Source: an uncultured Solirubrobacterales bacterium (GTDB taxonomy: Bacteria > Actinomycetota > Thermoleophilia > Solirubrobacterales > JBBDJG01). From it: DNA of 64,000 nt. A model generated the notes under the pieces. That model ran no database searches and was not told where the DNA came from. It worked only from the letters and a program-made list of their open reading frames with translations. Shown in pieces: positions 48,551 through 59,285 of this stretch (its first letter is position 1; every line of letters starts with the position of its first letter). The stretch is taken from assembly GCA_963768885.1 (NCBI GenBank), contig CAVYJN010000006.1:757785-821784 (forward strand), written 5' to 3'. Position numbers and translations under genes: made by a program.

Positions 48551-50326
48551 TTACGGGACGAACACGCCCTGGGTCGCGAAGAGCGTGTTCGGCGTGGTGG
48601 AGGCCTGGCCGTCCGCGCCCCCGTCGAACACCTGTACCTGGCCGAGCTGCCAGATCGAGCGCATCCCCTCCTTGATCACGCCGGGCGTGACGGCGTCCGC
48701 GGACGTGGTGACGGCGCAGGTCGCGCCGACGGTGGTGTCGGCGGTCGCAGAGCACGGCACGGTCCATGCGAAGGCGGCATCCTGCACGGTCGCCGCCGCG
48801 GAGCCACCCGCGGGAGGCGGGTTGTCGCGGTCCGTGATCCTGATCGGCGCCCTCGCCTCGAGTTGCCCGGTGTAGTCGGCGAGGTCACTGCGGCGCCGCA
48901 CGTCGGTCAGCTCGACCCGTAGCGTCACGTCGGCCTCGTCGGCCGGCGTGCTCGGAACGCCGATCAGCGTGCTGAAGCGCACGTAACCCGCGGAGTTCGC
49001 GGCATTCGAGTTCGCATCGGGCGTTCCGACGGTCAGCTGCGCGGACTGCTGCGCGGGCGGGTTGCACGACGCGAAGGCGAGCGCGGGCCCGTGCGTGCGG
49101 TTGGGCGAGGTGCACTGGCTGAACGCGGGCACGAGCGACACCCGCGTGGGCGTGGCGCCCTTGGGGCGCGGGTAGTTCGGCACGAGCTTGCGGACCTCGC
49201 CGGTGTTGATCGCGACCCAGTAGAGCGCCTCGTCGGGGCCGCTCACGATGTCCACCGGGCCACCGGCGCCGGTCACGAGGTCGGTCGGGGCGGCGATGTC
49301 GTCGCGCGCGGCGTTCGGCGCCGCGGCCCACAGCTTGCTCGCCGTGTAGTCACCGAAGACGTAGTAGCCGCCGATGAACCCGAAGCTGCGCGAGACGAAC
49401 GCGCCCCCGGTCACCGACCGGCCGGAGACGCCCGCGCCCGAATGCAGGTACTCGAACACCGGGTCCACGTCCCCGGGCTGCTGGCAGCCGGCCGGCTGCG
49501 TGCCCTCGCAACGGGGCCAGGCGTAGTTGCCGGCGGACTGCACCACGTCGATCTCCTCGACCGTGCCCTGCCCGACGTCGCCCGCCCAGAGTCGACCGGT
49601 CTGGGGGTCGAAGCCCATCCGGAAGGGGTTGCGGAACCCGAGCGCGTACACCTCCGGCCGCTTGCCCGCCTGGCCGATGAACGGGTTCCCGGCGGCCGGG
49701 CTGCCGTCCAGCTCGAGGCGCAGGATCTTGCCCTCGAGCGCGTTCGGGTCCTGCGAGTAGGGATTGGTCGACTCCCCGGGGAGCCCGCCGTCCCCGATGC
49801 CGGTGTCGCCCACGGAGACCCACAGCTTGCCGTCCGGGCCGACCCGCAGCGCGCCGCCGTCGTGGTTGCCGCCGTCGGTGCGGATGCCGGTCAGCAGCTC
49901 GGTGAGCGAGCCGGCCACGACCGCGTTCCCCGACATCGTGACCCGCACGACCTGGTTGAAGCGCCCGGTGGGGCTGGCGCACCCGCCCGCGGCGGGCTTG
50001 GAGCGGTACAGGTAGACGAAGCCGTTGGAGTCGAAGCCGGGATCGGCGGCGACGCCGAGCAGTCCCATCTCCGACGCCGTGCAGACGGGGATCGTCGTGA
50101 GCGTCGTCACCGTTCCCCCTTGCACGAGCTTGAGCGCGCCGGCCTTCTCGGTCACGAGCATCCGCCCGCCGGGAAGGAACGCGATCGCGGTGGGCTGGGT
50201 CAGCCCGCTCGCGACCACCTGCTCGCTGTAGCCGTCATTCGCGGGCGTCGCGGCGGCGCCCGGCGCGCAAAGCGCCAGCAGCACCACCGCGGCAGCGGCC
50301 GCGTATCTCACCCGTGCACCACCCAC
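48551..50326 (-). CDS. Secreted PQQ-dependent sugar (glucose/sorbosone) dehydrogenase-like beta-propeller fused to the conserved ~208-aa CTD
   Basis: It has a signal peptide. GSDH-like motifs are PTAIAFLPGGRMLVTEKAG, GLLGVAADP, GNHDGGALRVGPDGKLWVSVGD and GFRNPFRMGFDP. The CTD (48551-49177) starts NYPRPKGATPTRVSLVPAFSQC and ends QGVFVP. Confidence 0.75.
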   Translation of the reverse strand: MGGARVRYAAAAAVVLLALCAPGAAATPANDGYSEQVVASGLTQPTAIAFLPGGRMLVTEKAGALKLVQGGTVTTLTTIPVCTASEMGLLGVAADPGFDSNGFVYLYRSKPAAGGCASPTGRFNQVVRVTMSGNAVVAGSLTELLTGIRTDGGNHDGGALRVGPDGKLWVSVGDTGIGDGGLPGESTNPYSQDPNALEGKILRLELDGSPAAGNPFIGQAGKRPEVYALGFRNPFRMGFDPQTGRLWAGDVGQGTVEEIDVVQSAGNYAWPRCEGTQPAGCQQPGDVDPVFEYLHSGAGVSGRSVTGGAFVSRSFGFIGGYYVFGDYTASKLWAAAPNAARDDIAAPTDLVTGAGGPVDIVSGPDEALYWVAINTGEVRKLVPNYPRPKGATPTRVSLVPAFSQCTSPNRTHGPALAFASCNPPAQQSAQLTVGTPDANSNAANSAGYVRFSTLIGVPSTPADEADVTLRVELTDVRRRSDLADYTGQLEARAPIRITDRDNPPPAGGSAAATVQDAAFAWTVPCSATADTTVGATCAVTTSADAVTPGVIKEGMRSIWQLGQVQVFDGGADGQASTTPNTLFATQGVFVP

Positions 50327-50408
50327 TTCGGTTCCCCCCTACCCGGGAAGACACTGCGTCAAGCCCCTGTGGCCGGCAGTGTAGACGTATGGACAGGGTG
50401 CGCCGGTC

Positions 50409-51245
50409 TCAGATCCCGGCGACGCGGTCTGCGCCCGCATAGACGTTGAAGCCCCCGTCGCGCAGGAACCCGACGAGCGTCATGCCGGATTCCCGCGCCA
50501 GGCGCACCGCCAGGCTCGAGGGGGCCGACACCGCGGCGAGCACCGTCACGCCGGCGACGAGCGCCTTCTGGGTGATCTCGAACGACGCCCGCCCCGACAC
50601 GAGCAGCACCAGGCGGTCGAGCGGGTGAAGCTCGTCCATCGCCGCGCGCCCCACCAGCTTGTCCACGGCGTTGTGGCGCCCGACGTCCTCGCGCAATTCG
50701 ACGAGGCCACCGTCCGGGGTGAAGAGGCCGGCCGCGTGCAGGCCGCCCGTGCGCGCGAACCCGCGCTGGCGCTCGCGCATCTCGCCCGGCATGGAGTGCA
50801 GGTGCGCGGCCTCGACGCGCGGCCCGTCGCCGAGCGGGGCCGCCGCGACGCGCACGGCCTCGATGCTCTGCTTGCCGCAGATCCCACAGGAGGATGTCGT
50901 GTAGAAGCGGCGCTGCAGGCCGTGCGCGGAGGCCGTCCCGGTGCGCGTGCGCACGTCGGCGATGCCTCCGTCGCCCTCGGGAGCGCGGCACTCGGCCACC
51001 CGGGCGACGTCCTCCATCGCCACGATCGCCTCGCCGAGGAGGAAGCCGAGCGCGAGCTCCGCGTCCTCGCCGGGAGCCGGCGTGCGCATCGTCACCGCCA
51101 CGCGCTCTCCGTCGAGCCGGATCTCGAGCGGCTCCTCCGTCGCCACGGCGTCGGACGTGCGACGCGTCTCCCCGCCGCGCACGTGCACGACCGGCAGCCG
51201 CTCGACCGGCCGGCCGTCGCGCAGCTCGCGCTCCGCCGTGCTCAT
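50409..51245 (-). CDS. fdhD: Formate dehydrogenase accessory sulfurtransferase FdhD
   Basis: MSTAERELRDGRPVERLPV...YTTSSCGICGKQSIE...GGLHAAGLF...VGRHNAVDKLVG...LLVSGRASFE. ATGA overlap with the upstream stop. Confidence 0.85.
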   Translation of the reverse strand: MSTAERELRDGRPVERLPVVHVRGGETRRTSDAVATEEPLEIRLDGERVAVTMRTPAPGEDAELALGFLLGEAIVAMEDVARVAECRAPEGDGGIADVRTRTGTASAHGLQRRFYTTSSCGICGKQSIEAVRVAAAPLGDGPRVEAAHLHSMPGEMRERQRGFARTGGLHAAGLFTPDGGLVELREDVGRHNAVDKLVGRAAMDELHPLDRLVLLVSGRASFEITQKALVAGVTVLAAVSAPSSLAVRLARESGMTLVGFLRDGGFNVYAGADRVAGI

Positions 51246-52147
51246 CCCCGCGCCTCGCGGCGCGCGCGCTGCGGGCCCACCGTGAACGCAGGGTCGCGCG
51301 CCGAGTCGACCCCCGCCTTGAAGACCGACCAGCGCTCGGCGGCGGCGCCCATGAGGACCGCGAGCCCACCCGACGTGACCGCGACGCGGCTGCGCCGTGA
51401 TCCCGCGATCATGCCCGCGCCGGCGAGCATCGAGACCCGCGCGAGCCGCGCATACCGCCCGGCCTCGCCGCGGTGGTAGGGGGCGGCCAGCGGCCCGAGG
51501 CGGCGCTCCATCCTGGCCGCGGACACCTGCGCCCCGAGCGCGCCGATCACGGCGAGCCGGCGCGCCGGGCGGGCGTCGCGGGCCGGGGTCGCAATCGCGA
51601 CGGCGGCTCCCGCGCTCGCGGCCGCGCTCGAGGCGAACACGAACGGCAGGTCGTGGCGCGCCTCGCGCCAGGCCGGGACGGCGGTGTTGGCGATCAGCAC
51701 GGCCGTGTACGTCGCCATCGGCAGCCCGCTGAGCCCCGCTCCCACGCGGGCCGCCGCCCCGGCGCGCGGCATCACGCCGAGCACGCGCGACGCGGTGGCC
51801 AGCCCGTTCGTGGCGCCCGACGCGGCGACCACCCAAGATCCGACGCTCATCGGCGAGGTGACCTTGAAGACGCGCAGCATGTTGAGGAAGCGCTCCGGGC
51901 GGCCGAGGTCGGTGATCAGGAGGGCGGGGCTCGCGGTGCCCGCGAGCATCGCGACGGCCGACGCGCGCCGCGCGAGCCGGTCGTGGCCGGCGATCTCCGC
52001 CAGGAGCGCGAACGTCGATGCGGCGCCGGTCAACCCGCCCGTGAAGAAGTACCACGGGACCTGCGGCTTCCACACCGGCGGCTTGATCACGGGGCGGCCG
52101 TAGTAGGAGCGCGGCTCGACGCGCTCGACCATGCGCAGCTCCTTCAC
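51242..52147 (-). CDS. NrfD/PsrC-type integral membrane subunit of the formate dehydrogenase complex
   Basis: ...SYYGRPVIKPPVWKPQVPWYFFTGGLTGAAS..., followed by about 8 TM helices. The GTG at 52147 was chosen; the ATG at 52132 is an alternative. Confidence 0.7.
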   Translation of the reverse strand: MKELRMVERVEPRSYYGRPVIKPPVWKPQVPWYFFTGGLTGAASTFALLAEIAGHDRLARRASAVAMLAGTASPALLITDLGRPERFLNMLRVFKVTSPMSVGSWVVAASGATNGLATASRVLGVMPRAGAAARVGAGLSGLPMATYTAVLIANTAVPAWREARHDLPFVFASSAAASAGAAVAIATPARDARPARRLAVIGALGAQVSAARMERRLGPLAAPYHRGEAGRYARLARVSMLAGAGMIAGSRRSRVAVTSGGLAVLMGAAAERWSVFKAGVDSARDPAFTVGPQRARREARG

Positions 52148-52937
52148 CTGCGCGCCCCCGATCAGCGAGACCGCGATGCCGGCCGCCGAGCGCGCCCGCA
52201 GCGAGCCCGGCCGACCGCCAGATCGCCGGGAGGTCGCGCGTCGTGACGACCGGGTCGGGCGGCAGCCCGTAGACCTCGGGGTCGTCGGTCAGCAGGAAGA
52301 ACGCCCCGGCGCCGCCGACGCCGTCGCCCGGGTCGTCCCCGTACAGCTGCGCGCGCTGCTCGCCCGACACCCGCACGCGCTCCAGCCTCGCCGCGGCACG
52401 CTCGCGCAGCTCGTCGAGCGGGCCGAACTTGATCGACTCGGTCGGGCATGCCTTCGCGCACGCCGGCTGCTCGCCTCCCTTGAGGCGGTCGTAGCAGAGC
52501 GTGCACTTCCACACCCGCCCGTCCCCGCGGCGCTGGTCGAGCACGCCGAACGGGCACGCGACGACGCAGTAGCCGCAGCCGTTGCACACGTCCGGCTGCA
52601 CCACGACGGTCCCGAACTCCGTCCGGAACAGCGCGCCGGTCGGGCACACGTCCAGACACGCCGCCTCGGTGCAGTGCTTGCAGACGTCCGAGCTCATCAG
52701 CCAGCGCAGGTCAGCTTCCTCGCGTTGCTCCACGAACTGCACGTGGCGCCAGCGGTTCGCGCCGAGCGACCCGGAGTTGTCGTAGGACTCTCCCGTGAAC
52801 CCGAGCGGGTCGTCGGGCACCTCGTTCCATTCCTTGCACGCCACCTCGCACGCCTTGCAGCCGATGCAGACGGTCGTGTCGGTGAAGAACCCGACGCGCT
52901 CGCGCGCCTCCTCGCCGTAGGCCTCGTGTCCTCTCAC
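52144..52937 (-). pseudogene. 4Fe-4S ferredoxin-type (FdhB/HybA-like) subunit. The 3' end probably carries two single-base frame breaks (~52185 and the G5 run at ~52156-52160).
   Basis: Four Cys clusters: CIGCKACEVACKEWN, CKHCTEAACLDVCP, CNGCGYCVVACP, CTLCYDRL...CAKACP. As sequenced, the frame never stops before 50409. With two corrections it ends ...AAGIAVSLIGGARR, stopping at 52144-52146 (GTGA overlap with nrfD). The 3' end is inferred. Confidence 0.65.
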
Positions 52938-55900
52938 CGCTGCTCCTTCTCCCGCCCGACGCCCGCGCGCCGGCGATAGCCCTCGACGAGCGCGGGGAGC
53001 GCGGGTCCGCGCGGGCGCCGCCCGGCCCGCACGTCGCAGGTCGCAGCCTTCGCCTCCTGGATGTGGACGTTCGGGTCGAGCGCGAGATGCAGCAGGTCGT
53101 TGGCCGAGTCTCCGCTCGAGATGCCGCGGCCCCCCCAGTGGTAGGGGAGGCCGACCTGGTGCACGATGCGGCCGTCGACCCGCAGCGACGGGATCCGGTC
53201 GGTCACCAGCACGCGCGCCTCGATCGCCGTGCGCGCGGTCACGATCGTCGCCCAGTCGCCGTGCGCGAGGCCGCGCTCCTCGGCGAGCTGTGGGCCCACC
53301 TCGCAGAACATCTCCGGTTGCAGCTCCGCGAGGTAGGGCAGCGTGCGCGACATCGCGCCCGCGGTGTGGTGCTCGGTCAGGCGGTAGGTCGTGACCACGT
53401 AGGGGAAGACGTCGGCGCCCGGCTCGCCCGCGCTCGGGTTGAAGTCGCTCTCGCGGCGGCGGTAGGGCGTGCGTGCGGGATTGGCCTGCTGCGCGTAGAG
53501 CACGTTGGGGAACGGCGACTCGTGGGGCTCGTAGTGGGCGGGGAGCGGTCCGTCGACCACGCCGGTGGGCGCGAACAGCCAGCCGCGGCCGTCCGCCTGG
53601 AGGACGAACGGCGCGTCACCGCGCAGCGCGTCCTCGGCCGCGGCTCCGGGCGGAGGCTCGTAGCCGGGGGGCATGTCGGCCTTGAAGTCGGGCACGTCGT
53701 CCCCCGTCCACCGCTCGCGTGCCGCGTCCCACCAGACGTAGCGCTTGCGCTCCGACCACGGGCGGCCGGCGGGGTCGGCGGAGGCGCGGTTGTAGAGCAT
53801 GCGGCGGTTGAGCGGCCAGGCCCATCCCCACTCGGGGGCGACGGCGCTCTGCGCGGCGCCGGGCACGCGGCGCGCGGTCTGGTTCACGCCGTCCGCGAAG
53901 CAGCCGCAGTAGATCCAGCACCCGCACGCGGTCGACCCGTCCGCGCGCAGCTGCGTGTAGGAGGAGAGCGCGCCGTCGGGCCCGTAGCCGTTCACCTCCG
54001 CGAGCACCGCCTCGGCCTCGGGCTCGGCGTGCGGCCCGCGGGTCGGGTAGTCCCAGGTGAGGTCGAGCAGCGGCCTGTCTCGGGCCTCGGCCGAGCCCGC
54101 GAGCCGCTCCCGGATGAGGCGGCCGAGGTGGTAGGCGAACCACAGCTCGGAGCGGCTGTCGCCGCGCGGCGCGACCGCCTCGTGGTGCCACTGCAGCAGC
54201 CGCTGGGTGTTGGTGAACGTGCCGCTCTTCTCGGTGTGCGTGGCGGCCGGCATCAGGAAGACCTCGGTCGCGATGTCCTCGGGCCGCAGCTCGCCGGTCT
54301 CGATCTCCGGTCCGTCGCGCCAGAACGACGCGCTCTCGATCTCCTGGAAGTCGCGCACCACGAGCCAGTCGAGCTGCGCCATCGCGAGCCGGTGCAGGCG
54401 CGAGTTCGCCGAGCCCACCGCCGGGTTCTCGCCGAGCAGGAAGAAGCCCTGCACGTCGCCGTCGAGCATCCGCAGCGTGGTCGCGTAGGTCGAGTGGTCG
54501 CCGTCGATGCGCGGCAGGTAGTCGAAGCACCAGTCGTTCGCGGCGGTCGCGGCGTCGCCCCACCACGCCTTCAGCAGGCTCGTGACGTACGCGTCCGCGT
54601 GACCCCAGTAGCCGGTCGGCGGGGTGTTGTTCGAAACGAAGTCGGCGACCGTGTCCTCGGCGCCGGCGCGCGGCATCGGCAGGTAGCCGGGCAGGATGTT
54701 GTAGAGCGTCGGTATGTCGGTGGAGCCCTGGATCGACGCGTGCCCGCGCAGCGCGAGGATCCCGCCGCCCGGGCGGCCGATGTTGCCGAGCAGCAGCTGG
54801 AGGATCGCGGCCGTGCGGATGTACTGCACGCCGACCGTGTGCTGCGTCCAGCCGACCGAGTACACGAAGGCGGTGGTGCGCTCGCGTCCCGAGTTCGCGC
54901 ACACGGCATCGGCGACCTCGAGGAAGGCCGCGCGCGGGACGCCGCACACGCGTTCGACCATCTCGGGCGTGTAGCGGCGGAAATGGCGCCGCAGGACCTG
55001 GAACACGCAGCGCGGGTGCTGGAGCGTGGGGTCCTCGCGCGGCTCGCGACCCTCCTCGACCTGGCCGCCGTGCGCCCCGTGCGCCTGCTCGCCGCGCGCC
55101 TGCGGCCCGGACGTCGGCATCCCCTCCAGCTGCCAGGAGTCCGGGTCGTAGGCGCCGCGCTCCGGGTCCCAGCCCGAGAAGAGGCCGTCGAGGTCCTCGG
55201 TGTCCGCGAACCGCTCGTCGACGATCGCGGGCGCGTTCGTGTAGTGGCGCACGTACTCGTCGAACCACAGGTCGTGCTCGAGCACGTGGTTGATGAGCCC
55301 GCCCAGGAACGCGATGTCGGTGCCCGCGCGCAGCGGGACGTGCAGGTCGGAGACGGCGCTCGTGCGCGTGAAGCGCGGGTCGACGTGGATCACCTTCGCG
55401 CCGCGCTGCTGCGCCTCGACGACCCACTGGAACCCGACGGGGTGGCACTCCGCCATGTTCGACCCCTGGATCACGATGCAGTCGGAGTTACGGAGGTCCT
55501 GCTGGAACGTGGTCGCCCCACCGCGGCCGAACGAGGTCCCCAGACCGGGGACCGTGGAGGAGTGTCATATGCGTGCCTGGTTCTCGATCTGGATCGCGCC
55601 CAGCGCGGTGAAGAGCTTCTTGATCAGGTAGTTCTCCTCGTTGTCCAGGGTCGCGCCGCCGAGGCTCGCGAACCCGCGCGTGCGCCGCAGGGCGTTTGCG
55701 CCGGCGTCGGCGTCCTCCCACGTCGCGGCGCGCGTCGCGATCACGCGCTCGGCGATCATGTCCATCGCCTGCTCGAGCGGCAGCTCCTCCCACTCGGTGC
55801 CGTGGGGGCGCCTGTAGAGGACGCGGTCGAGCCGCGTCGGGCTGGTCACGAGCTGGCGCGAGGCCGAGCCCTTCGGGCACAGGCGCCCGCGCGAGATCGG

Positions 55901-56131
55901 AGAGTCCGGGTCGCCCTCGATCTGGATCACCTGCTCGTCGCGCACGTACACGCGCTGGCCGCATCCCACGGCGCAGTAGGGGCACACCGACCGCACGACG
56001 CGATCGGCGCCGGCGGTGCGGGGCGCGAGGCGCTGCGAGCGCCCGGAGCGGGCCGCCGGGCCCGCCGCGAGCCGATCGCCGCGCACCTGGCGCAGCAGCG
56101 GGATCGACCGCGGGCGCCCGGGCACGGACAT
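52934..56131 (-). CDS. Formate dehydrogenase alpha subunit (molybdopterin oxidoreductase) containing selenocysteine
   Basis: ORFs 55565-56131 and 52934-55474 are in the same frame and are joined by one TGA: ...AIQIENQARI-U-HSSTVPGLGTSFGRGGATTFQQDLRNSDCIVIQGSNMAECHP.... The N-terminal FeS motif is CPYCAVGCG. Confidence 0.85.
55535..55553 (-). promoter_or_regulatory. SECIS-like hairpin
   Basis: On the mRNA, GGUCCCC-GGUCU-GGGGACC (7-bp stem) begins 11 nt after the UGA. Confidence 0.65.
55565..55567 (-). other. In-frame UGA read as selenocysteine
   Basis: Its position matches the conserved U/C of FDH-alpha (ARI-U-HSSTV), and a SECIS-like hairpin follows. Confidence 0.8.
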
Positions 56132-56137
56132 CCCGCG

Positions 56138-56951
56138 CTACTCGCCCCCGGGGTCCTTGGGCGTGGCGTCGCCCGAGAGGTCCTTGCGCGGGTCCCGCGC
56201 GCCGACGCCGCCGCGCACGTTGCGCAGGTCCTCGGGCGGCGGCCCGCACAGCAGCCACGCGCCGTCGTCGGTGCGCAGGATCGAACCCTGGTCGCGCAGC
56301 TTGCCCATCGCGGTCGTGACCGTGGGCCGGCGCGACCCGACGAGCTTGGCGATCATCCCGTGCGAGAGCGGGAGCGACACGCGGACCCCCTGCGGAGGTC
56401 ACCTTCCCCCACCGGTCGGCGAGGTGCCAGAAGAGGATCATGAGCCGCTTCTCGATGCCCACGACGTGGCAGACGGCGAGGTGGAAGGAGAGCCAGCGCG
56501 CCCGGATCAGGGCGCGGTCGACGATCGTCGCGGACACCTGCGGCCAGCGCGCGATCTGGAGCGCGAAGCGCGGGTCGAGCACCGCGAGCCGCACGTCCTC
56601 GAGCGCCTCCCACTTGGCCTCGGCCTGGATCGACGCCTGCTCGCCCGAGGATGCCGTCCACGGCCGCATCACGTCGCCGAAGCCGAGCAGCTCGGCGCAG
56701 GCGACGTCGCCCACCACGACCTCGCGCAGCAGCAGGCCTTCGACGATCAGCAGGCCGAGATGGGACTCCAGCTTGGACGGGTCGGCCTTGAAGTCCCAGG
56801 CGCCCCGGGGGACGCGCAGGACCGGCGCGGTGATCTGCTCGGCGGCGGCGAGCGCCTCGGGGTCGAGGCCGCTCGCAAGCTCGGGGTCCTCGACGAACAC
56901 GCGCACGCGCTCGCGGCTCGAGGGGGCTCGGGCTGCGGTGGGAGTGGACAC
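56138..56951 (-). pseudogene. Crp/Fnr family transcriptional regulator. One frame break in a G5/C5 run (56386-56390).
   Basis: cNMP-like region ...ESHLGLLIVEGLLLREVVVGDVACAELLGFGDV.... The HTH lies in the next frame: RVSLPLSHGMIAKLVGSRRPTVTTAMGKLRDQG. It ends 6 nt upstream of the FDH-alpha ATG. Confidence 0.7.
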
Positions 56952-57017
56952 CCCTCGCACACTACATGGCCCGTAACCGTCCACCGGCGATCCGCGGCCC
57001 GCCCATATGCTGGCGCC

Positions 57018-58577
57018 GTGAGCTGGGAGCAGGAGCTCGATGAGCTGAGGCGTCGCGAGGCGCTCGCCCGTCGCATGGGGGGCGAGGAGCGCGTCCAGCG
57101 CCAGCACGCCAGCGGGCGCCTGACGGTGCGCGAGCGGGTCGAGCGGCTGTTCGACGCCGGGACGTTCCACGAGACCGGCGCGCTCGCCGGGTGGGGCACC
57201 TACGAGGACGGGGAGCTGGCCGACTTCGTGCCCGCGAACGTGATCGTGGGGCAGGGCCGGATCGAGGGACGGCGCGCGATCGTCCAGGGCGACGACTTCA
57301 CGGTCCGCGGCGGCGCCGCGGACGCGGCGATCTGGGAGAAGATGGTCTACGCCGAGCGGATGGCGAACGAGCTGCGCGTTCCGCTCGTACGGCTGGTCGA
57401 CGGCACCGGGGGCGGCGGCAGCGTCAAGTCGCTCGAGACCATGGGGTTCACCTATGTGCCGTTCATCCCCGGCTGGGACGTCGCGACCGCGAACCTTTCG
57501 GAGGTGCCGGTCGTGGCTGCCGCGCTCGGGCCCGTCGCGGGCCTCGGCGCCGCGCGCGTCGTGGCCTCGCACTTCTCGGTGATCGTGCGCGGCACGGCCC
57601 AGCTGTTCGTGGCCGGGCCCCCCGTGGTGGCCGCGGCGATGGGGGAGTCCCCGGACAAGGAGGAGCTCGGAGGGTCTCGCGCGCAGACCCGCGCCGGCGC
57701 GGTCGACAACGAGGCCGTCGACGAGGACGACGCGCTCGCGCAGCTGCGGCGCTTCCTCTCCTATATGCCGCCCAACGTCTGGGAGGCGCCGCCGATCGCC
57801 GCGTGCTCGGACCCGCGCGACCGCCGCGAGCAGGACCTGCTGTCGATCGTCCCGCGCGAGCGCCGCCGTCCCTACAAGGCGCGGCGCATCCTCGCGGCCG
57901 TGCTGGACGAGGGCTCGCTGTTCGAGGTCGGTCGGCCGTTCGGGCGTTCGCTGATCACGGCCCTGGGACGACTCGACGGCCGGCCGGTCGGCGTGCTCGC
58001 CTCGGACCCGAACACCTACGGCGGCGGTCTGACCGCCGACGCGTCCGAGAAGCTCACCCGCTTCGCCGACGTCTGCGACCAGTTCCGGCTGCCCGTCGTG
58101 AACTTCGTCGACCAGCCGGGGTTCGTGATCGGCACCGAGGCCGAGCGGCGCGGGACGATCCGCCGCGGCACCCGTGCCCTCGTGGCGGTCTATCAGGGGA
58201 CCGTGCCCTGGGTCTCGGTGCTCGTGCGCAAGGTCTTCGGCGTCGCGGGCGCGGCGCACGGCCAGGCCCACGGCTTGAACCTGCGCTACGCGTGGCCGTC
58301 GGGCGACTGGGGCTCGCTGCCGATCGAGGGCGGGATCGAGGCCGCCTACCGGCGCGAGCTCGAGGCGGCCGACGACCCGGCCGCGCTGCGCGACGAGATC
58401 GAGGCGCGCCTCAACGCGGTGCGCTCGCCCTTCCGCACCGCGGAGCGCTTCGGCGTAGAGGAGATCATCGACCCGCGCGACACGCGGCCGCTGCTGTGCG
58501 ACTGGGCCGAGCGCGCGCATGAGCTGGTCCGCTACGACGTCCACGCCGGCCCGAAGCGCCGCGGCCTGCGACCGTGA
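57018..58577 (+). CDS. Acyl-CoA carboxylase beta subunit (carboxyltransferase, propionyl/methylcrotonyl-CoA type)
   Basis: GTG start at 57018. The sequence reads ...GRLTVRERVERLFDAGTFHE...RAIVQGDDFTVRGGA...DGTGGGG...LASDPNTYGGGLTADASEKLTRFADVCDQFRLPVVNFVDQPGF.... Confidence 0.8.
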   Translation: MSWEQELDELRRREALARRMGGEERVQRQHASGRLTVRERVERLFDAGTFHETGALAGWGTYEDGELADFVPANVIVGQGRIEGRRAIVQGDDFTVRGGAADAAIWEKMVYAERMANELRVPLVRLVDGTGGGGSVKSLETMGFTYVPFIPGWDVATANLSEVPVVAAALGPVAGLGAARVVASHFSVIVRGTAQLFVAGPPVVAAAMGESPDKEELGGSRAQTRAGAVDNEAVDEDDALAQLRRFLSYMPPNVWEAPPIAACSDPRDRREQDLLSIVPRERRRPYKARRILAAVLDEGSLFEVGRPFGRSLITALGRLDGRPVGVLASDPNTYGGGLTADASEKLTRFADVCDQFRLPVVNFVDQPGFVIGTEAERRGTIRRGTRALVAVYQGTVPWVSVLVRKVFGVAGAAHGQAHGLNLRYAWPSGDWGSLPIEGGIEAAYRRELEAADDPAALRDEIEARLNAVRSPFRTAERFGVEEIIDPRDTRPLLCDWAERAHELVRYDVHAGPKRRGLRP

Positions 58578-59254
58578 ACGGCGCCGAGCAGCGGCCGGAC
58601 GCGCTCGAGCGGCGTCTCGGCGAGCACCGCTACGGCGTCACGCTGTTCCTCACGCTCGCGGTCGTGATGTTCGCGGTGTCGGCGCCCGATACGCGCTGGG
58701 CGCGGGCGGTGGGGATCGCCCTGCAGGGCACGATGCTCGTGGTCGTGATCATCACCTCGGGGGTACGCCTGGACGAGCGCAGGCGGATGGCGGTGCTGGT
58801 GGCGGTCACGGTCACCGCGCTTGCGGCGGTGATCGCGTTTCGGGACGTGCGCCAGGCACTCGCGCTCGGTCTCGCGGGCGTGCTCGTGATCGCTGCCCTC
58901 CCGACGCTGACCCGGGGAGTCGTGCGGCTGCTGCGCACGCAGGGAGTCACGATCCAGGCGGTCTTCGGCGCGCTCACGATCTATCTGATGCTGGGCCTCG
59001 TGTTCGCCTTCGCGATCGGGGTGACCGCCGACCTCTCGTCCGCGCCCTTCTTCGGGGTCGACGGCGACGGCGACGTCAGCGACCACGTCTACTTCAGCTT
59101 CACGTCGCTCACGACCACGGGCTTCGGGGACCTCGCGGCCGCCACGCGCTTCGGCCGCGGCCTGACGGTGCTCGAGACCCTGCTCGGCACGATCTATCTC
59201 GTGACGGTGATCGCGCTGCTCGTCAGCAACCTGCGCCCCGGCCGCCGGGCCTGA
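58574..59254 (+). CDS. Small potassium-channel family membrane protein
   Basis: TM helices plus the selectivity-filter-like motif SFTSLTTTGFGD. GTGA overlap with the upstream stop. Confidence 0.65.
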   Translation: MNGAEQRPDALERRLGEHRYGVTLFLTLAVVMFAVSAPDTRWARAVGIALQGTMLVVVIITSGVRLDERRRMAVLVAVTVTALAAVIAFRDVRQALALGLAGVLVIAALPTLTRGVVRLLRTQGVTIQAVFGALTIYLMLGLVFAFAIGVTADLSSAPFFGVDGDGDVSDHVYFSFTSLTTTGFGDLAAATRFGRGLTVLETLLGTIYLVTVIALLVSNLRPGRRA

Positions 59255-59285
59255 GCCGCGCGGCCGCTCGGGTATCCTCGCGCGC

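Noticed and set aside
55565-55567. TGA splitting FDH-alpha into two ORFs, considered as a pseudogene lesion
   Set aside because: Both ORFs are in the same frame. The codon sits at the conserved Sec/Cys catalytic position, and a SECIS-like hairpin follows. I interpret it as selenocysteine.
53063-56443. 1,126-aa plus-strand ORF over the formate dehydrogenase alpha gene
   Set aside because: It is antisense to a strongly supported FDH-alpha gene. It is an Arg/Gly/Val/Ala-rich low-information translation.
55488-58544. 1,018-aa minus-strand ORF
   Set aside because: Only its middle third (the Crp/Fnr regulator, about 56390-56951) looks coding. The remainder is antisense to the carboxyltransferase or off-frame across FDH-alpha.
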